From Setoptus koraiensis (taxonomy: Eukaryota; Animalia; Arthropoda), in the NCBI GenBank assembly GCA_048013815.1, contig CM106585.1, forward strand, positions 20,398,001-20,462,000: a stretch of 64,000 nt of DNA, given 5' to 3'. This document shows positions 22,745-35,900 of this stretch, piece by piece. The translations under genes and the position numbers were made by a program. The notes under the pieces are model-generated. The model was not told where the DNA came from and ran no database searches. It saw only the letters and a list, made by a program, of their open reading frames with translations. Within the stretch, counting starts at the first letter, position 1; every line of letters begins with the position of its first letter.

Positions 22745-24235
22745 ATGTCGACAAGAGTCACCTCGCCAGACAGAAATCACACCTACACCAGAGCAAGGGA
22801 GCATCGAAACGGCTCCAGATCGACCAACACCCTTCCTCCACAACAATTCTCATTGCCTGACTCAGATAGAGCTAGCGAAGCTAACTCAGAGGTTGGTCTT
22901 AGGAGCACGAACAGTATTTCAGAGAAAGAACAAGACCTGTTAGTTTGTAATAGATTCGGTTTTATTGTTGATCAAGGCGAATCAGTATCAAATCTACGTA
23001 ACTTCCCAGATTCGGGCAACAATCTAGATGCCGACGATAAACAATCACGTGAAAATGCCGTTGCGAAAATGAGAGAAAGAGAAAAGAAATGGCTAGACAT
23101 GATATCGTCTTGGGATACCTGGATTCTGAAAAGATTTAAGAGGGTTAGGTCGCGTTGTCGCAAAGGTACGTGATGATCGTAATCACTCGTTAGAAACTAA
23201 TGTTTTTATGCAACCGCATGATAAACTTCCATTTATGATGGCTTTATATATATATATGTTGATTTTCATCGATACAAATCTCAAATCTTTTCAACAAAAA
23301 ATATCCATCTATCATAACGAATCAGGTATACCAAGCGCCGTCCGAGGCAAATCATGGTTCTACCTTTCAGGCGGACACATATCATTGAGGAAATACCCCA
23401 AACTTTACGAGAAACTCGAACGAGAACCTGGCGACGAACAAGTTTGCGATGATATCAGAAAAGATATACACAGACAGTTTCCAAATCACGAGTTATTTGT
23501 CGAGGCAAATGGACCTGGTCAACAGAGTCTATTCAATGTATTGAAATGTTTCTCTATAGTCAGAAAAGAGATTGCATACTGTCAAGGTCTAGCCCCTGTG
23601 GCCTCTATACTCTTGATGAACATGCCTCCACCCCATGCATTTTGGTCTCTAGTGGCCATCTGCGACCATTATATACCTGGCTACTATCTTGCCGGCTTCG
23701 AGGCTGTACAACTTCATGGCAAAATGCTCTTTGCACTCCTCAAGAGGTACGCCCCGACATCATACAAGATTCTGAAAAAGGCTGATATAGATCCAATTTT
23801 GTATATGTTTGAATGGTTCATGTGCATATTTGTAAGTCTTATATAATCCCATGATCTCTACAAATAGGACCTCTTCTATTCTTTGCCGTTACGATTTGAT
23901 TGGCCTGATAACTAATCTTACCTCTTAACTTATATCTTTTTCTGATTCAGGTACGAAACTTACCTTGGGCTACTGTACTTAGAATATGGGATATATTCCT
24001 ATGCGAAGGTATTGTCGTTGTCTTCAAGACTGCAATAGTTATAATCTCATCAGTTTTAACGAATGACTATAAAAAGAAGGAGCAACATGATATATTGCAA
24101 TCGCTCCGAAACATACCTGAAAGAGAACTTCAAGAATCTGTTTTGTTACCTAAAATTTTAAGACTGGACCTCAACGACAGGCATCTCAAGAAAGAGCATC
24201 AACGTCAGCTTCGGAAGAAGACTAAAGGAAAATGA
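22745..24235 (+). CDS. TBC1D10: TBC1D10-family Rab GAP (whacked-like); exons 22745-23165, 23326-23831, 23951-24235
   Basis: NRFGF, REKKWLDMI..W, RCRK/GIPSAVRGKSW, IRKDIHRQFPNHELF, YCQGLAP and EWFMCIF/VRNLPWATVLRIWDIFLCEG. The third exon was found by hand and stops at TGA 24233-24235. Confidence 0.92.
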
Positions 24236-24927
24236 GACCGTATGGGATTCTTTTCCTTGATCAGAGAAACTATAGAGTTTTTATAACAAGTTAATGATGT
24301 ATTAAGATCACCTAGTATACCTGTTGAATATACTAAAATGAATTTATATATATTCTCTCTCCTTTTATACATAACATTCTTGCATGTGAGGAAGAAAGAG
24401 ACACTATATCAGCAGGTTATGTTTTTGCTCTTCAAGATTCTAAATGTTGTTTTTACTATGATACTATAGATAGTTATCGCATCAATTATTATTAGATTAT
24501 GGGAAAAATTGTAACAACTCTAATGATGAAGTTGAATTAAACAATTTCAAAACAAAAACTAATAAATCCAAAGAGTCTAGTGAAAATATGGACCGTACCA
24601 CAAGGGCAAGCTTTGATGCGAGTTTCAGTGTAGAGAAAGAGAAAAGTTCTGATGGATTGAGAGTATGATCCTGACTATCCGGTCGTCGCTTCCTAAGTCG
24701 AAGCAAATTCCATTATGAAAACGGTGGACATCACAATCGATAGTTATATATTTTATTTCCTTATACAATATCGATCGTTTATGCACGTAGTTCGTGACAA
24801 ATACGTTGATGATCCAATTATCAATATTATTTAAGTGGCAATAGCCAGAATAGTATGGAATTAGTCTGTTGGATGTATGACGCCAATTTATCGCATACTT
24901 TAGATGAGTGCCTATTCTATAGTCATA

Positions 24928-25824
24928 CTATTGGCGTAAGGAGATTTTCATTTGCATCTGATATTGACTTGATTTTAACTTCAGTGTGTTCTCAAATAAA
25001 TCTAGAACTTTCTTCAAAGATCTAACTTCTTCGCGAAACTTATCTACAATCTCTAATGACTTCATTATTTCATCACATTTTGCTATCAATCTGTACATCG
25101 TCTTTTTTTGAAGAAACAAAGCGATATGTTGTCAATTTTTAGATAGGATCAGTGAAAAATACGTGATAACAAAGTTCTTGGCAAGTTACGTGACAAGTAG
25201 TGCTTACTTTGATACTCTCATCCACGACATCGCATGTGTCATCCAGAGACGATTTGAGTACATCTAGACATTTTGCTGAGGTATCAGTGACCTTGAATCG
25301 TGATTGAGCGAGCGTGATAATGGATCAAAAGTTGCAGATTAGATTGAGTTAACCAGTGAAATATTGTTATTTAAGAATTTATACCCACTTCATATGTTCG
25401 TTCCTGCAGATATTTCAGCAGTTGCGACAGATTCTCAGTTATAGATTCAGTCTCTAGCTCCAGCTTTGTCAATGCATTTAGGTAACTCGTTCCAGAATCT
25501 ATTGACGAACAGACAACAGTGACGAAGAGATTAGTTGATAATCTCTGGTTAGTGTCTTATTATGAGAAAATAGCGATTGGGGTTGGCACGATAATTGTTT
25601 GGATACTCACCCAACATTTGTCCATCAGATGCCGACAAGGATATTGGCTCGAGAGTTGCAAATCTTGGCGTGGGCCTATCTAGTATTTTGGTGTAGTTGT
25701 TTTGGCTGGTGGATTTTTCACCTGCGCTGCCCATTTGATTTTCTTGATTATCGTCATCATCACTAGACTGGTCCTTGCCGGGTTGATGGTCCGATTCTCT
25801 CGGATCGTTATCTTCTCTGTCCAT
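24928..25824 (-). CDS. BORCS6: BLOC-1-related complex subunit 6 (lyspersin); exons 25824-25611, 25498-25389, 25291-25208, 25101-24928 (193 aa)
   Basis: The spliced product reads ...LTKLELETESITENLSQLLKYLQERTYE/VTDTSAKCLDVLKSSLDDTCDVVDESIK/TMYRLIAKCDEIMKSLEIVDKFREEVRSLKKVLDLFE, matching the BORCS6 C-terminal domain. All three introns are GT-AG and frame-consistent. Confidence 0.85.
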
Positions 25825-26042
25825 GATGATGAATTTGACAAGAAACTATTTGTGTCAGTGTGAAAGGTATCCAGCCCGCTCTCTTTCTGATAAAAGCGGA
25901 CCCAGCAACATTTGCGCATATCAAATATTAGCGGCGCATCGCCCACAGCGTAGTGATTTTAAAACAGCTGTATCTGTAAAAACATGGTTCTACCTTATTT
26001 ATTCTGCCATTAATCAATTCATCATTGGCATTTATTTGTGAT

Positions 26043-26048
26043 CACGTG
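26043..26048. promoter_or_regulatory. E-box CACGTG in the BORCS6/TMEM50 head-to-head promoter
   Basis: ATCACGTGTT lies roughly midway in the 384-bp interval between the two ATGs. Confidence 0.35.
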
Positions 26049-26208
26049 TTGAGGTATCATCTACTTATTAGAACATCATTATTGTCAGGACAATTTAGAA
26101 ATAAATTCAAAAAAAAAACAAACAAACAAACTGATATCTCTCACGTAGTTTTAGTACACGTTTTTACTCTAGGCTACCCAAGTTATTAATAGTTTGTAAT
26201 TCTTCAAA

Positions 26209-26797
26209 ATGGATGCCATTCAATCGGGTTGGAATTCCTTCTTAACGCATATTGGAGAATATCTGGATATGAGTGAAAAAAGAAATATCATTGCATCTTT
26301 GGGCGCAGGCTTATTGGTGAGTAAACACATGCAGCAAATTTCAACGAACAAAACCCAAACATAAATTGCTAACTGAAATTGTTTTCGAACTCACTTGTGT
26401 CATCCACGATGTATCATTGTAACCACGAAAGTTCTTTACTGGCTGGTGGATTATCATTGACGTTGCCGCCAGATACAGCTCAGCCGATTTTCATGGTGCA
26501 TTTCACATATTTGGAGTCTTCGGGACCATCTCTTTCCTGATTGTCAACTCCATCTCTAACAGCCAACTAAGGGGCGAAGGGTACGCTGAGGATTCGAAGG
26601 CGGCCAAAGTGTGGCTATTGATAGGCTTTATATTAGGTTTCAGTGCCCTGACAGGTTCAATATGGGTTTTGATCAGCGAATACGCCTCATCAAAAGAAGA
26701 CAACAAAGCCATTTACCCTGGCATCGGTCTACTATTTCAGAATATATTAATATTTCTCGGTTCGCTTGTTTTTAAATTCGGCAGACTAGAGGAATAA
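26209..26797 (+). CDS. TMEM50: TMEM50 (Vps68 homolog); exons 26209-26316 and 26432-26797
   Basis: SEKRNIIASLGAGLL/FFTGWWIIIDVA, NSISNSQLRG, AKVWLLIGF and IYPGIGLLFQNILIFLGSLVFKFGRLEE. Confidence 0.92.
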
Positions 26798-27654
26798 CAC
26801 AATTGATCCAATAGATTAATTTCCTCAAAAACTAATTGGATTGCAAATGTTGAGAGCGAGTTGATCAAGAGAGATACCAATTCTACTCATGAAAGACGAC
26901 AGTACATGTTCGTTGCTACTATATTTTGGCGACATCAGTCATGCCTAATACGTAAATATAAACCCGATAAGCCTTGTACATTCACAATTGTTGCGATAGA
27001 CGCGCGAAAAACTAGATGAAACAACACCTGCCATAGACAAATTCATACTAGACAAACAAACAAGCAAACATTCACATAACAATGATAGCTCTGAGTTGTG
27101 GAAAATAACGGAAAACTTTTCTCCGACTAAACATCAATGATTTTCTGAATATTTGAGTTATAATAAACAACAACACAATTGCTTCTATGTGATGACGAGC
27201 TGAAGAAAATATTGTTTTTGGCTTATGGCGACGGTCAGGTTTCTAGACCGTGATGACAATTTTTACTACGACTGGCGTGAGGTTACTTGATTGGCATTGT
27301 CCTTGATCGACGATCACTTTTACTCTTGCCGGTTTTCTCTTGTCTATCGTCGCGCAAGGTCCAACCTTTCCTATTGAAGAAAACAAGAGAAAACATCCAA
27401 TACATGATCTAAGGTTGCATTTGGTTGATTTCGCCGTGCAACTATGCCTTTCGTCATCCCAAATTTACCGACACCTTCAACACATTCCTATTTATTGAAT
27501 CTATTGTTAATGAGCAATCGACAGTTCCAACGTCAGGTGAGATAGCCGCATTTCTGGTGCAAAGATCGGAAACGCTAGTTGGAGATTTGTTGTTGTCTTA
27601 ATAAATGAAGGGCGTCACTCAAGCTGTCAGCGGGATACCTGCTCCGGGTCAGAA

Positions 27655-28095
27655 CAGTCGGATTGGTGCCCTCTTCGACGCTTGTCTTCAAGAAGACAAT
27701 GTCATGTTCTTTAGCCAACCGTTGGCCCTCTTCACTGGGTACACAGGTCGTGAGATCGTGTTGAGTGCGAAGGTCAATCTTGTTTCCTATGAGCGGAACG
27801 GATATATTTTCTGCAGCAACATCCATGATGGAGCTCATAGAATTTCTGACACTTAAGTTTTAGTTTCTCTCCGACACATCATACATAAGAATTATTCCGT
27901 CGGTCTTGTGAAAATACGAGGCCTCTATGTTGCAAAGTCTCACTTGGCCCATCGTCTCGCATTGGCTTTCAGAGATGCCGACACCGTTGATTTTAAAGAA
28001 TTTAGTGTTGAAATCTATGCCACAATTAGAGATGATACTCATGAAAAAGATTCACCGATAAGATTTTTCCACGTTACAGTGGCCAACTGACAACA
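27655..28095 (-). pseudogene. Inverted decayed copy of the RASEF Rab-domain segment (source ~41110-41565)
   Basis: Clear nucleotide similarity, including an identical 34-mer CATAGGAAACAAGATTGACCTTCGCACTCAACAC (27758-27791 minus = 41433-41466). The copy has an in-frame TAA at 27860-27862, a disrupted P-loop and WDTAGQE degraded to CETMGQV. Confidence 0.9.
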
Positions 28096-28626
28096 TTACC
28101 GAAAACCAGAAAATAGGATAAGTTTCTTGTTTCATGATAACGCTCATAATTGCCGTTTCTAAGTTGCCAATCTCTAAAGAATTTCTAATATCGCCGTGTC
28201 ACTGACTATAACATGACTTCTTTGAATTATCTGTGCGGTCTTTTTCACGCAGGCAAGGCGACGTTCTTGAGTATAAGCTCCACCTACCCACCGTAGAGTA
28301 TCCCGTCTTCGTGTTGGCTCAAAAGTTTTCAATACTAACTTAGTTAGTTGCGAGAAATAAAACAGCATCTTTCTCTCTATCTCTGTCTCACTATTAATCT
28401 GTGTTTTGCTGTGTCAACACACATACACACACTAATAGTGAGAAGTATTCGCTAAGACAGCATTCATCGAGACAATTGTATTTATTACACGCAAATATTA
28501 CCCAATTTTTTTATAGAAATCACAGAGAAACACAATTCGTCCAAATAGCGCCTGAAGATTCACATTAGAAGAGGTCGTTTTCCACCCAGTAATTAGTTAG
28601 TTAGTAAGTAATATTGAGTGGTCAAG

Positions 28627-29106
28627 ATGCCTCTGAACGTTACATTCGACTACAATTTCAACGAGGTTAATCCCGTCGTTGAGGGTGATACAAATTCGGT
28701 TAAGCTCACCAGTTACCGAGCCAACCATCTGAGAAGATTCTCCACACCACCTAAAGACTGTTCGGCCGTTGAAGTTCGTCGCCTCAAGTATATAGTCGGC
28801 CGAGCCAGGACCCCAAAAGCCATACTATCCGGCATCAATATGACAGTGCCAGAAGGAGCCATGTAAGTGTAAATAACGTTAGTAACGTTAATGAGCTTTT
28901 CTCTCGCTACATCTATTCGCCTTTCAACGGTACAGAGATGGCTATGGAGATTTTAAGATGCACACATTTTTAAACAAGTTTGCAACATATATGTATGCAT
29001 TTTACGATGCATGGCGCGCCACTGGCACTGCCAAAATGAGGACATACTTTTGCAGCACTATGACATATGAAGGTCAATGTCGGTCAATGTGGTCAGTTGA
29101 GCCACC

Positions 29107-29138
<32 letters not shown>

Positions 29139-32100
29139 ATATATATATGTATTAGTGGCCTATAACGACTAGTACCGTTGCCAGTTCCGTTTGCACTCGC
29201 TCTCAGGTTGCGCAATTGTGAGCGTCATGCAACAAGTGCGCGACACGTGAACAAGTTTTGTCGCTGTTGTCGTAATGATGATGTAATGACATCACTTCAT
29301 ATATGTAAAATTGGCTGCCATATTGGAATTTAATTGAATATATGCAGCGATATAATCAGCATTCGTCATAAATGCCGATCCAATGAGGCATGAGGTGACG
29401 CAACCTGATAGCAAGACAAAGACAGGGAGACGGGGAGAGACAAGTGTCCCGCCGGAGCGAAAGTGTACACTTGCTGTTCCACTTGAGGTCCACTGATGAC
29501 GTTGTTGCTAGTAGCAAGTGTATATATAATTATAATATTATCTGCTGTGTAAAATATTGTTTTACTGTCTATGTTTGTGTTGTTGTTGCACCACTGTGCG
29601 TGTTGGCTACCTGTTGTTAGCTGTTGTTATTTGTCGCTTTGCGACCACAAACAACCACGATCTACTACAATTGTCGTCTGTGGTTAACAACTTCCAAAAA
29701 CTTACCAATGTTACTGCAATATCGGCAATTTGCCCGCAAACTTACCAATGCCGATATTGCAATGAGACAAGACAAAGTAAGATAGTGAACAATTTTCTCA
29801 TTGATATATCAAATATTATTGCAATGTGCTATATGGCTCATCGTCGCTTCTTATTTCTTGGCATAGTGCTGTCCCAATGAATTTATTTTATGTAATGTAT
29901 ATATTCTCGGAAACGCTTGCACATTTATAATGATGGCAAAATTTGCAAATTGATTGCAATAACTCGCATCCAAGCAACTTGTGATTGTGAGTGGTATTTT
30001 GGCCAAGGTTAAACTCAACATACACAGACGACAGGTTGCTAACAATAGACCTATCTGCTACCAAATCAGTTGCTATTAAATCAATGCCAACAGGTGTTTG
30101 TGACAATAGAGCGACAAACAAAACTACACTACACGTTATGTCGGTGTCTTATTGTCTCACAACTTTCTTTGATTTGGCGATGACTCTAAATAGGTGCTGC
30201 TGCTGCTGTTGTTTACTTTTACTTGCTTCTACTCATGGCGACAATCGATGACTAGACAAGCCACTCTAAACTATAATGCACAGACAGTTGGATATTGGAG
30301 ATGGTTGCGTTGGAGATAGTTGTATTGGATATAGAGGGAGACATTGACAATTTGCTGTCAATTCTTTTCCAATCTCTTTGTGGCTGCTATCATCGCTTGT
30401 CAATCGCCAGTTTTTCACAGCCAGTCGATCGCCAGCAGCCGAATCAAATCGAAGCGGCGCAAACATGTTGCACCGATCGCTACTCTTTCGACAACTGGCG
30501 AGACACTGATTCAATATTGACAATTGTCGTCACTATTGAATCAACATCAGCCCGATGAAATACAGTTGCTGTTGATGTCGCCAAACGACCAGAAAGGTCC
30601 CCATGATTATCAGTTATAGGGCCGATTGAGCCGGTAGATGCCAAGTTGGTTGTGAGAATTTAAAACTGAAATAAAACGAGAAGCGATCTTTTTTCGGTAC
30701 ACGACCATGATGATGATTTATTTTAAATCACACTGATGAATTGTAACGCATAGTTAATTAGTTGATCGTATAGCTTACAACTGAGCGTTACAATTATTTT
30801 GACCTGCCTGAAGAAAAGATGCATTGTATAATTCGTGAGACAGATTTCTGAGAGCTCTATTAACTGGCATACAATTTTTTTTTTTGCAGTTTTTGGCACC
30901 ATTTTTCAAGTGGTTCACTCTTTTCTGTGTTGAAAATCGCGAGAAAGATATGGTTCTAATCGGTGAGAATTCGAGAGTCGAAACAAGTGCGTCGCATCTA
31001 TGCAAGATTTGCCCATACACGAAACCGATTAAACGAGATGTTTTACACAACAACCAGAAAGAGGTCGGTTATTTACCGACGGTTTTGTTGCTCCTAATTA
31101 TCACCAATGGCTTGCAAACAACAAAAGTTAACCACAGACAAATAGGTGCCAGAGCTCACAATTTCGATTTTATCATTACCGTGCTTGTTTGTCGGCGAGC
31201 CTTATCGGTGTTGGTGGTCACTTAACTGGCCAGCAAACAAGGCACCGGTAGCAATTTGGAATCTCAACAACAACAACAACAGCAGCAAATCTTTCAATAA
31301 CAACAAATATCTCTGGCAAGCAATGTGGGCAAATGTCATTGACCGGCACCACTTAACTCTTGAAGTTCACTTATTTATCTAGTGTTTGCCGTGATTGCTG
31401 TATTGGCGGTGTTTGCTGGTGTTTGCGATTGATTATTTTATTATGTTTTCGGTCGCGAAAGTGTTCTAACCAAACAAGCCGCCCGGAACAGGCGAACAGA
31501 AGATTGCGAAGATCGATTATGGTCATTATGGTCATTATTGTTTTATGGCGGCCTGGCCATGCCGATGATTGGCAATAAAACAAAGTTAAAAAGTTAAATA
31601 ATAATCAACAACAATTGACGACAAGACAATGACACAAAATGTAGTCTGTCACACCCAATTACGTTGTTTATTTGACTAATCAATCTAAACTCTATCAGCA
31701 TCTGCCTTCAACCCTTTAATCGTGCTCATGATTACATCACCAGTGCTCACGATACTTACAATATATTTATTTAGAGAATAATCTTACAATAACTTACAAT
31801 ACATGGTGCGCTTCGGTTGTCCAACTAAACTGCACTGTTTATCTTGCTCTCTCTCTCTCTCGTTGTATCTGTTACCTAGATACGGACTGTTAGGACCTAG
31901 TGGTAGCGGCAAGACAACACTGCTGCGGACCGTTGTCGGACAACTGAAACCGTCCGAGGGCTATGTTAAGGTGTTCGGATTTCAGCCCAATCAACCCGGC
32001 AGCCAAATACCAGGGCCGGCCATCGGTTACATGCCTCAGGTAAGACTTGTGATTGTGATCTTATCTCTTTTCTCACACAAACTTATCTCTCTGTCTACTG

Positions 32101-32921
32101 TTGGCTCTTTAATATTGCAAGAAAGTGCTACAAACTCTGTACCTGTGCACTGTCGTTATTGATGATGCTGCCCGATCTGGATCTCGACAAGTCGAGAAGC
32201 GCCGAGATTTCGGCGAGCCAGCAGACGGCCAAGCGACCGGCTTCATCGGCCGCATGGCACGGCAGTGCAGCCTCCGGCGATGCGCCGCATCTCATCTCTA
32301 TCGCTAGCTCGGGCCGAGCCAGAAGCCGATGATTCGGCTTCGCTGCCGATATTCAATCCTCGGCCTATGATATCGGCCTATGATATCGGCCTATGGTATC
32401 GGCCTATGATGTCGGCCTATGGTATCGGCCACTATTGGCCGCCGTTGGCCGCCACTGGCCGATATCGCCGGCGAACCGCTGCAGCAAATCAACGAGAGCT
32501 TAGCGAAAAGAATTCACAAGCCGAACCAAGGATAATAACGAGCGCACTTGTTTAACCTTTGTCGGCGCCAACGCGGCGCCATCCGATTAGGACCACGCTG
32601 TTGATAAAATTCAATATGAGAAAGCAATATGAGCGACCGAGCTACCGATAATCTGTTGCCGCTGCTTATATTATTAGCATTATCAGTATTATTATTAGTA
32701 TTAGTATATTGGTTTGGTCGCCCGCCATCTGGCTGGCTTGCCATTGGCTGGCTGCCTGTCGGGCTTGTCGAGCGGCGATGATGCCGAGCGGAACACATAA
32801 ATTTATATGTGTTGTTTGTTGCTATGACCTCAATTGGGCAGCCCGATGGAAGCTCTTGAAAAAGAAGCGCTTCTCACCCAGTTAGCAGTGCTGACCTTAA
32901 AAAGGTGGCCACTACCTGTCC

Positions 32922-32965
<44 letters not shown>

Positions 32966-35900
32966 ATAGACATTAATAACATTAATAATTATTAATAATA
33001 TAACTGATCGGATAATCCAGGTCTATTCGTGACCAATTAATTAGCTCGATCAATGCGATGAGATGATGCAAACAGCGCGCCAATTAATTAACGTGGTTTC
33101 TCTCTCTCCGTGTGTCTCCGTGTGAATAGGAAATCGCCGTCTACAACGACTTCACCATCGAAGAGACCCTCGTCTATTTCGGACGACTATACAGAATCAA
33201 GTGGGCCATTTTGGAGGAACGAATATCGTTCCTGTTGACATTCTTAGATTTGCCCCACAAGAGCAGACTGTTGACCAATTTGAGCGGCGGCCAAAAGAGG
33301 CGCGTCTCGCTGGCCTCTGCACTCGTTCATTCGCCGCCATTGTTGATACTGGACGAGCCCACTGTTGGTGTTGATCCGTTGCTCAGACAAAGCATTTGGC
33401 AGCATCTAGTCACGTTGACGCAAACGGAAAAGATAACCGTTATTGTAACGACACACTACATTGAGGAGGCGCGCCGGGCCAACATTGTGGGCTTGATGCG
33501 ACGGGGCAAATTGTTGGCGGAAAACTCGCCAGAGGATCTAATGGCGCGCCACGATAGTGATTCACTGGAGGACGTATTCTTGAAATTGTGCGTCTCGGAC
33601 ACAATGAGACGGGCACAAAAATTTGCCAGTCTCACCGGAATGCCCGTTCAAGCGGCCGGTATGGCGGGCCAGAATAGTGTGCTGCCCACGCCAGAGATAG
33701 AGAGCAAATGTAAGCACGACAATCAGCAGCAGTCTGGCAACAACAACAACAGTTTTATCGTCGGCAACCAGCTCGCGGTTGTGCAACAGGCCAACGGCTG
33801 CCAGAACAACAACAACAACATAAACGACACAAACAACGACCAACATAGACAACAATCAGCCGGTGCTGGTGGTGTCATCAACGAGGGCGCCGACATTTCG
33901 TCGTCGGCGTCCACCTCTTCTCAGCACTCCGGCGATCAGTCGGGCACCATGACGGACGACGAACTGGAGCACCGATCGTCAAATCACAATCAGACAGTGA
34001 TAGACATTCAACAGCAGCAGCAACAACTGAAACTAAAAAGTAAACAGTCCGGCGTGGCCAGCAGATTCGCATTAAAGTCCCTGCTGAAAGGCTTCGGCGG
34101 TGGCAACAACAACAGCAACGCCGGGCCCCCGTCGCTGAGCCAACAGCAGCGCCAGAGCAAACTAGAGGCCAGACGCCAATCTGGGGCCTATTTCATGGAG
34201 CAATATCTCAAGAACAAATTCAATCCGTTGGCCGGCGCTGATCCGACACGAAACAATGCCAACAGCAACAACAATAACTCAATGGTCTCTTGCGACACGT
34301 TGGATACTATTTCGTCGAAGCTAAGCGACTCACACCTACCAAAGATCCAAGTGTACCCGTCGGAGGGCTCGCCCATGTCCACAGGTGAGTTCTTTTATCT
34401 CAATGTCATTTATTGACCCCTGCTAAATCAATTATTTAATTAATTGAAAACAAATTAAAACTTGATAAATCATGATAAATTCGTCTGTTCGTAAATCACA
34501 AACAGAGGCTGATGGCAAGCCCGCGCTGACGGACAAAATGGCAGAGCCAGTAGATCAATATGAAGAAGATTTCACGATTGATCCCGAACTATTCCTCAAT
34601 CCGTACGAGCTGGGCACCATGTCGCCCGGCTCAAAGTACGATTACAAGCAGCCAAGTGTTAAAGAATATTGTGATTCCATAGGTACAGTTACTTGGAAGA
34701 ATTATATTAGATTGAAACGTAATGTACCATTGCTATTATTTCAATTCTTATTGCCCTCCATACAAGTGGTGCTGTTTTGTATTTGTGTTGGAAATGATCC
34801 GTTTGATGTCAAAGTGGCCGTTGTCAATGAAGAATCATCGGCCGATTCTATAGCGGCGCTCAGTTCACAATTTCTTCGTTTAGTGGATTCACATTTAGTT
34901 AGCCAAGTGCCATACGATAATTTAGACAAGGCAATTGAATCTGTGAGGCGCGGCGAAAATTGGGGCGCCATTCACATACCGGAAAATTTCACAATATCCA
35001 TACACAAGAGGTGAGTGTACAAACATACATACATAGCATGCATTGTTAGTTGGCCAGATAATTATGTTATGTTATGATTATGTAACATAATCATAGCAGC
35101 GTGACAACATGACAATACAACAAGACAAGCAAGAAAGAAGAAAGTGAAATGACACAGCAACACAATGACCACTTCATGCATGACGTAACTTGATCGACAA
35201 CCTTTCACTTACATCATCTCTTCATCCTCTCGCCACCTTTATGTCATGTCTTTAGATTTACGGGAATAGAGGGCGAAATAGACAACGATACCATTTATAA
35301 CAGCACCATAAAAGTTTATCCCGACATGACAAGTAAGTGGCCTGATGTCTCTTTGAATCTTTGAACAGATTGAAAATTTTCTAAAATTTCCAAACAAATA
35401 GATGGCATCTTCATTTGCATGAGACACAATAGTAACAGAATATCGCCCATTGTCATCAACAGATCAACCCATCGGTCATGCAATGGAAATAGCATTCAGG
35501 CAGGCATTTTACACGCTCACCAAACAAACATTTGAATTCATCGGGCTCAATCCGTCGTTAGCGGATCCACCCATCAGGGTAAGTGCGCCACCTGTATACT
35601 TGTTTGCTCAATACTGACTGGCGCTCAAACAGCTTAATTAGCATGAAAATTATGTAATACATCAATATGATGTCATGTATGTTATATAAGTGATCACCAT
35701 TGATTGCCATTCACTAACTTACACAAACTTTTTTTTCGAACCCCCCTTGCCCCGGCTCACTCCTGCGCCTTCAGATGGAGCAAGCGATCTACGGCGAGCT
35801 GTACATGAAAAATTATCTCCAATACATGGCGCCGGGTGTCATTATCAGTATCAGTTACATAATGGCCACCGGTTTGACGGCGCTGGCGTTTATAATTGAG

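Noticed and set aside
29557-31600. Short ORFs in ABCH intron 1 as nested genes
   Set aside because: Low-complexity, overlapping on both strands, with no domain signal.
32360-32430. 13-bp direct repeats as a CRISPR-like array
   Set aside because: The units are contiguous with no spacers, too short, in a eukaryotic intron, and there are no cas genes.
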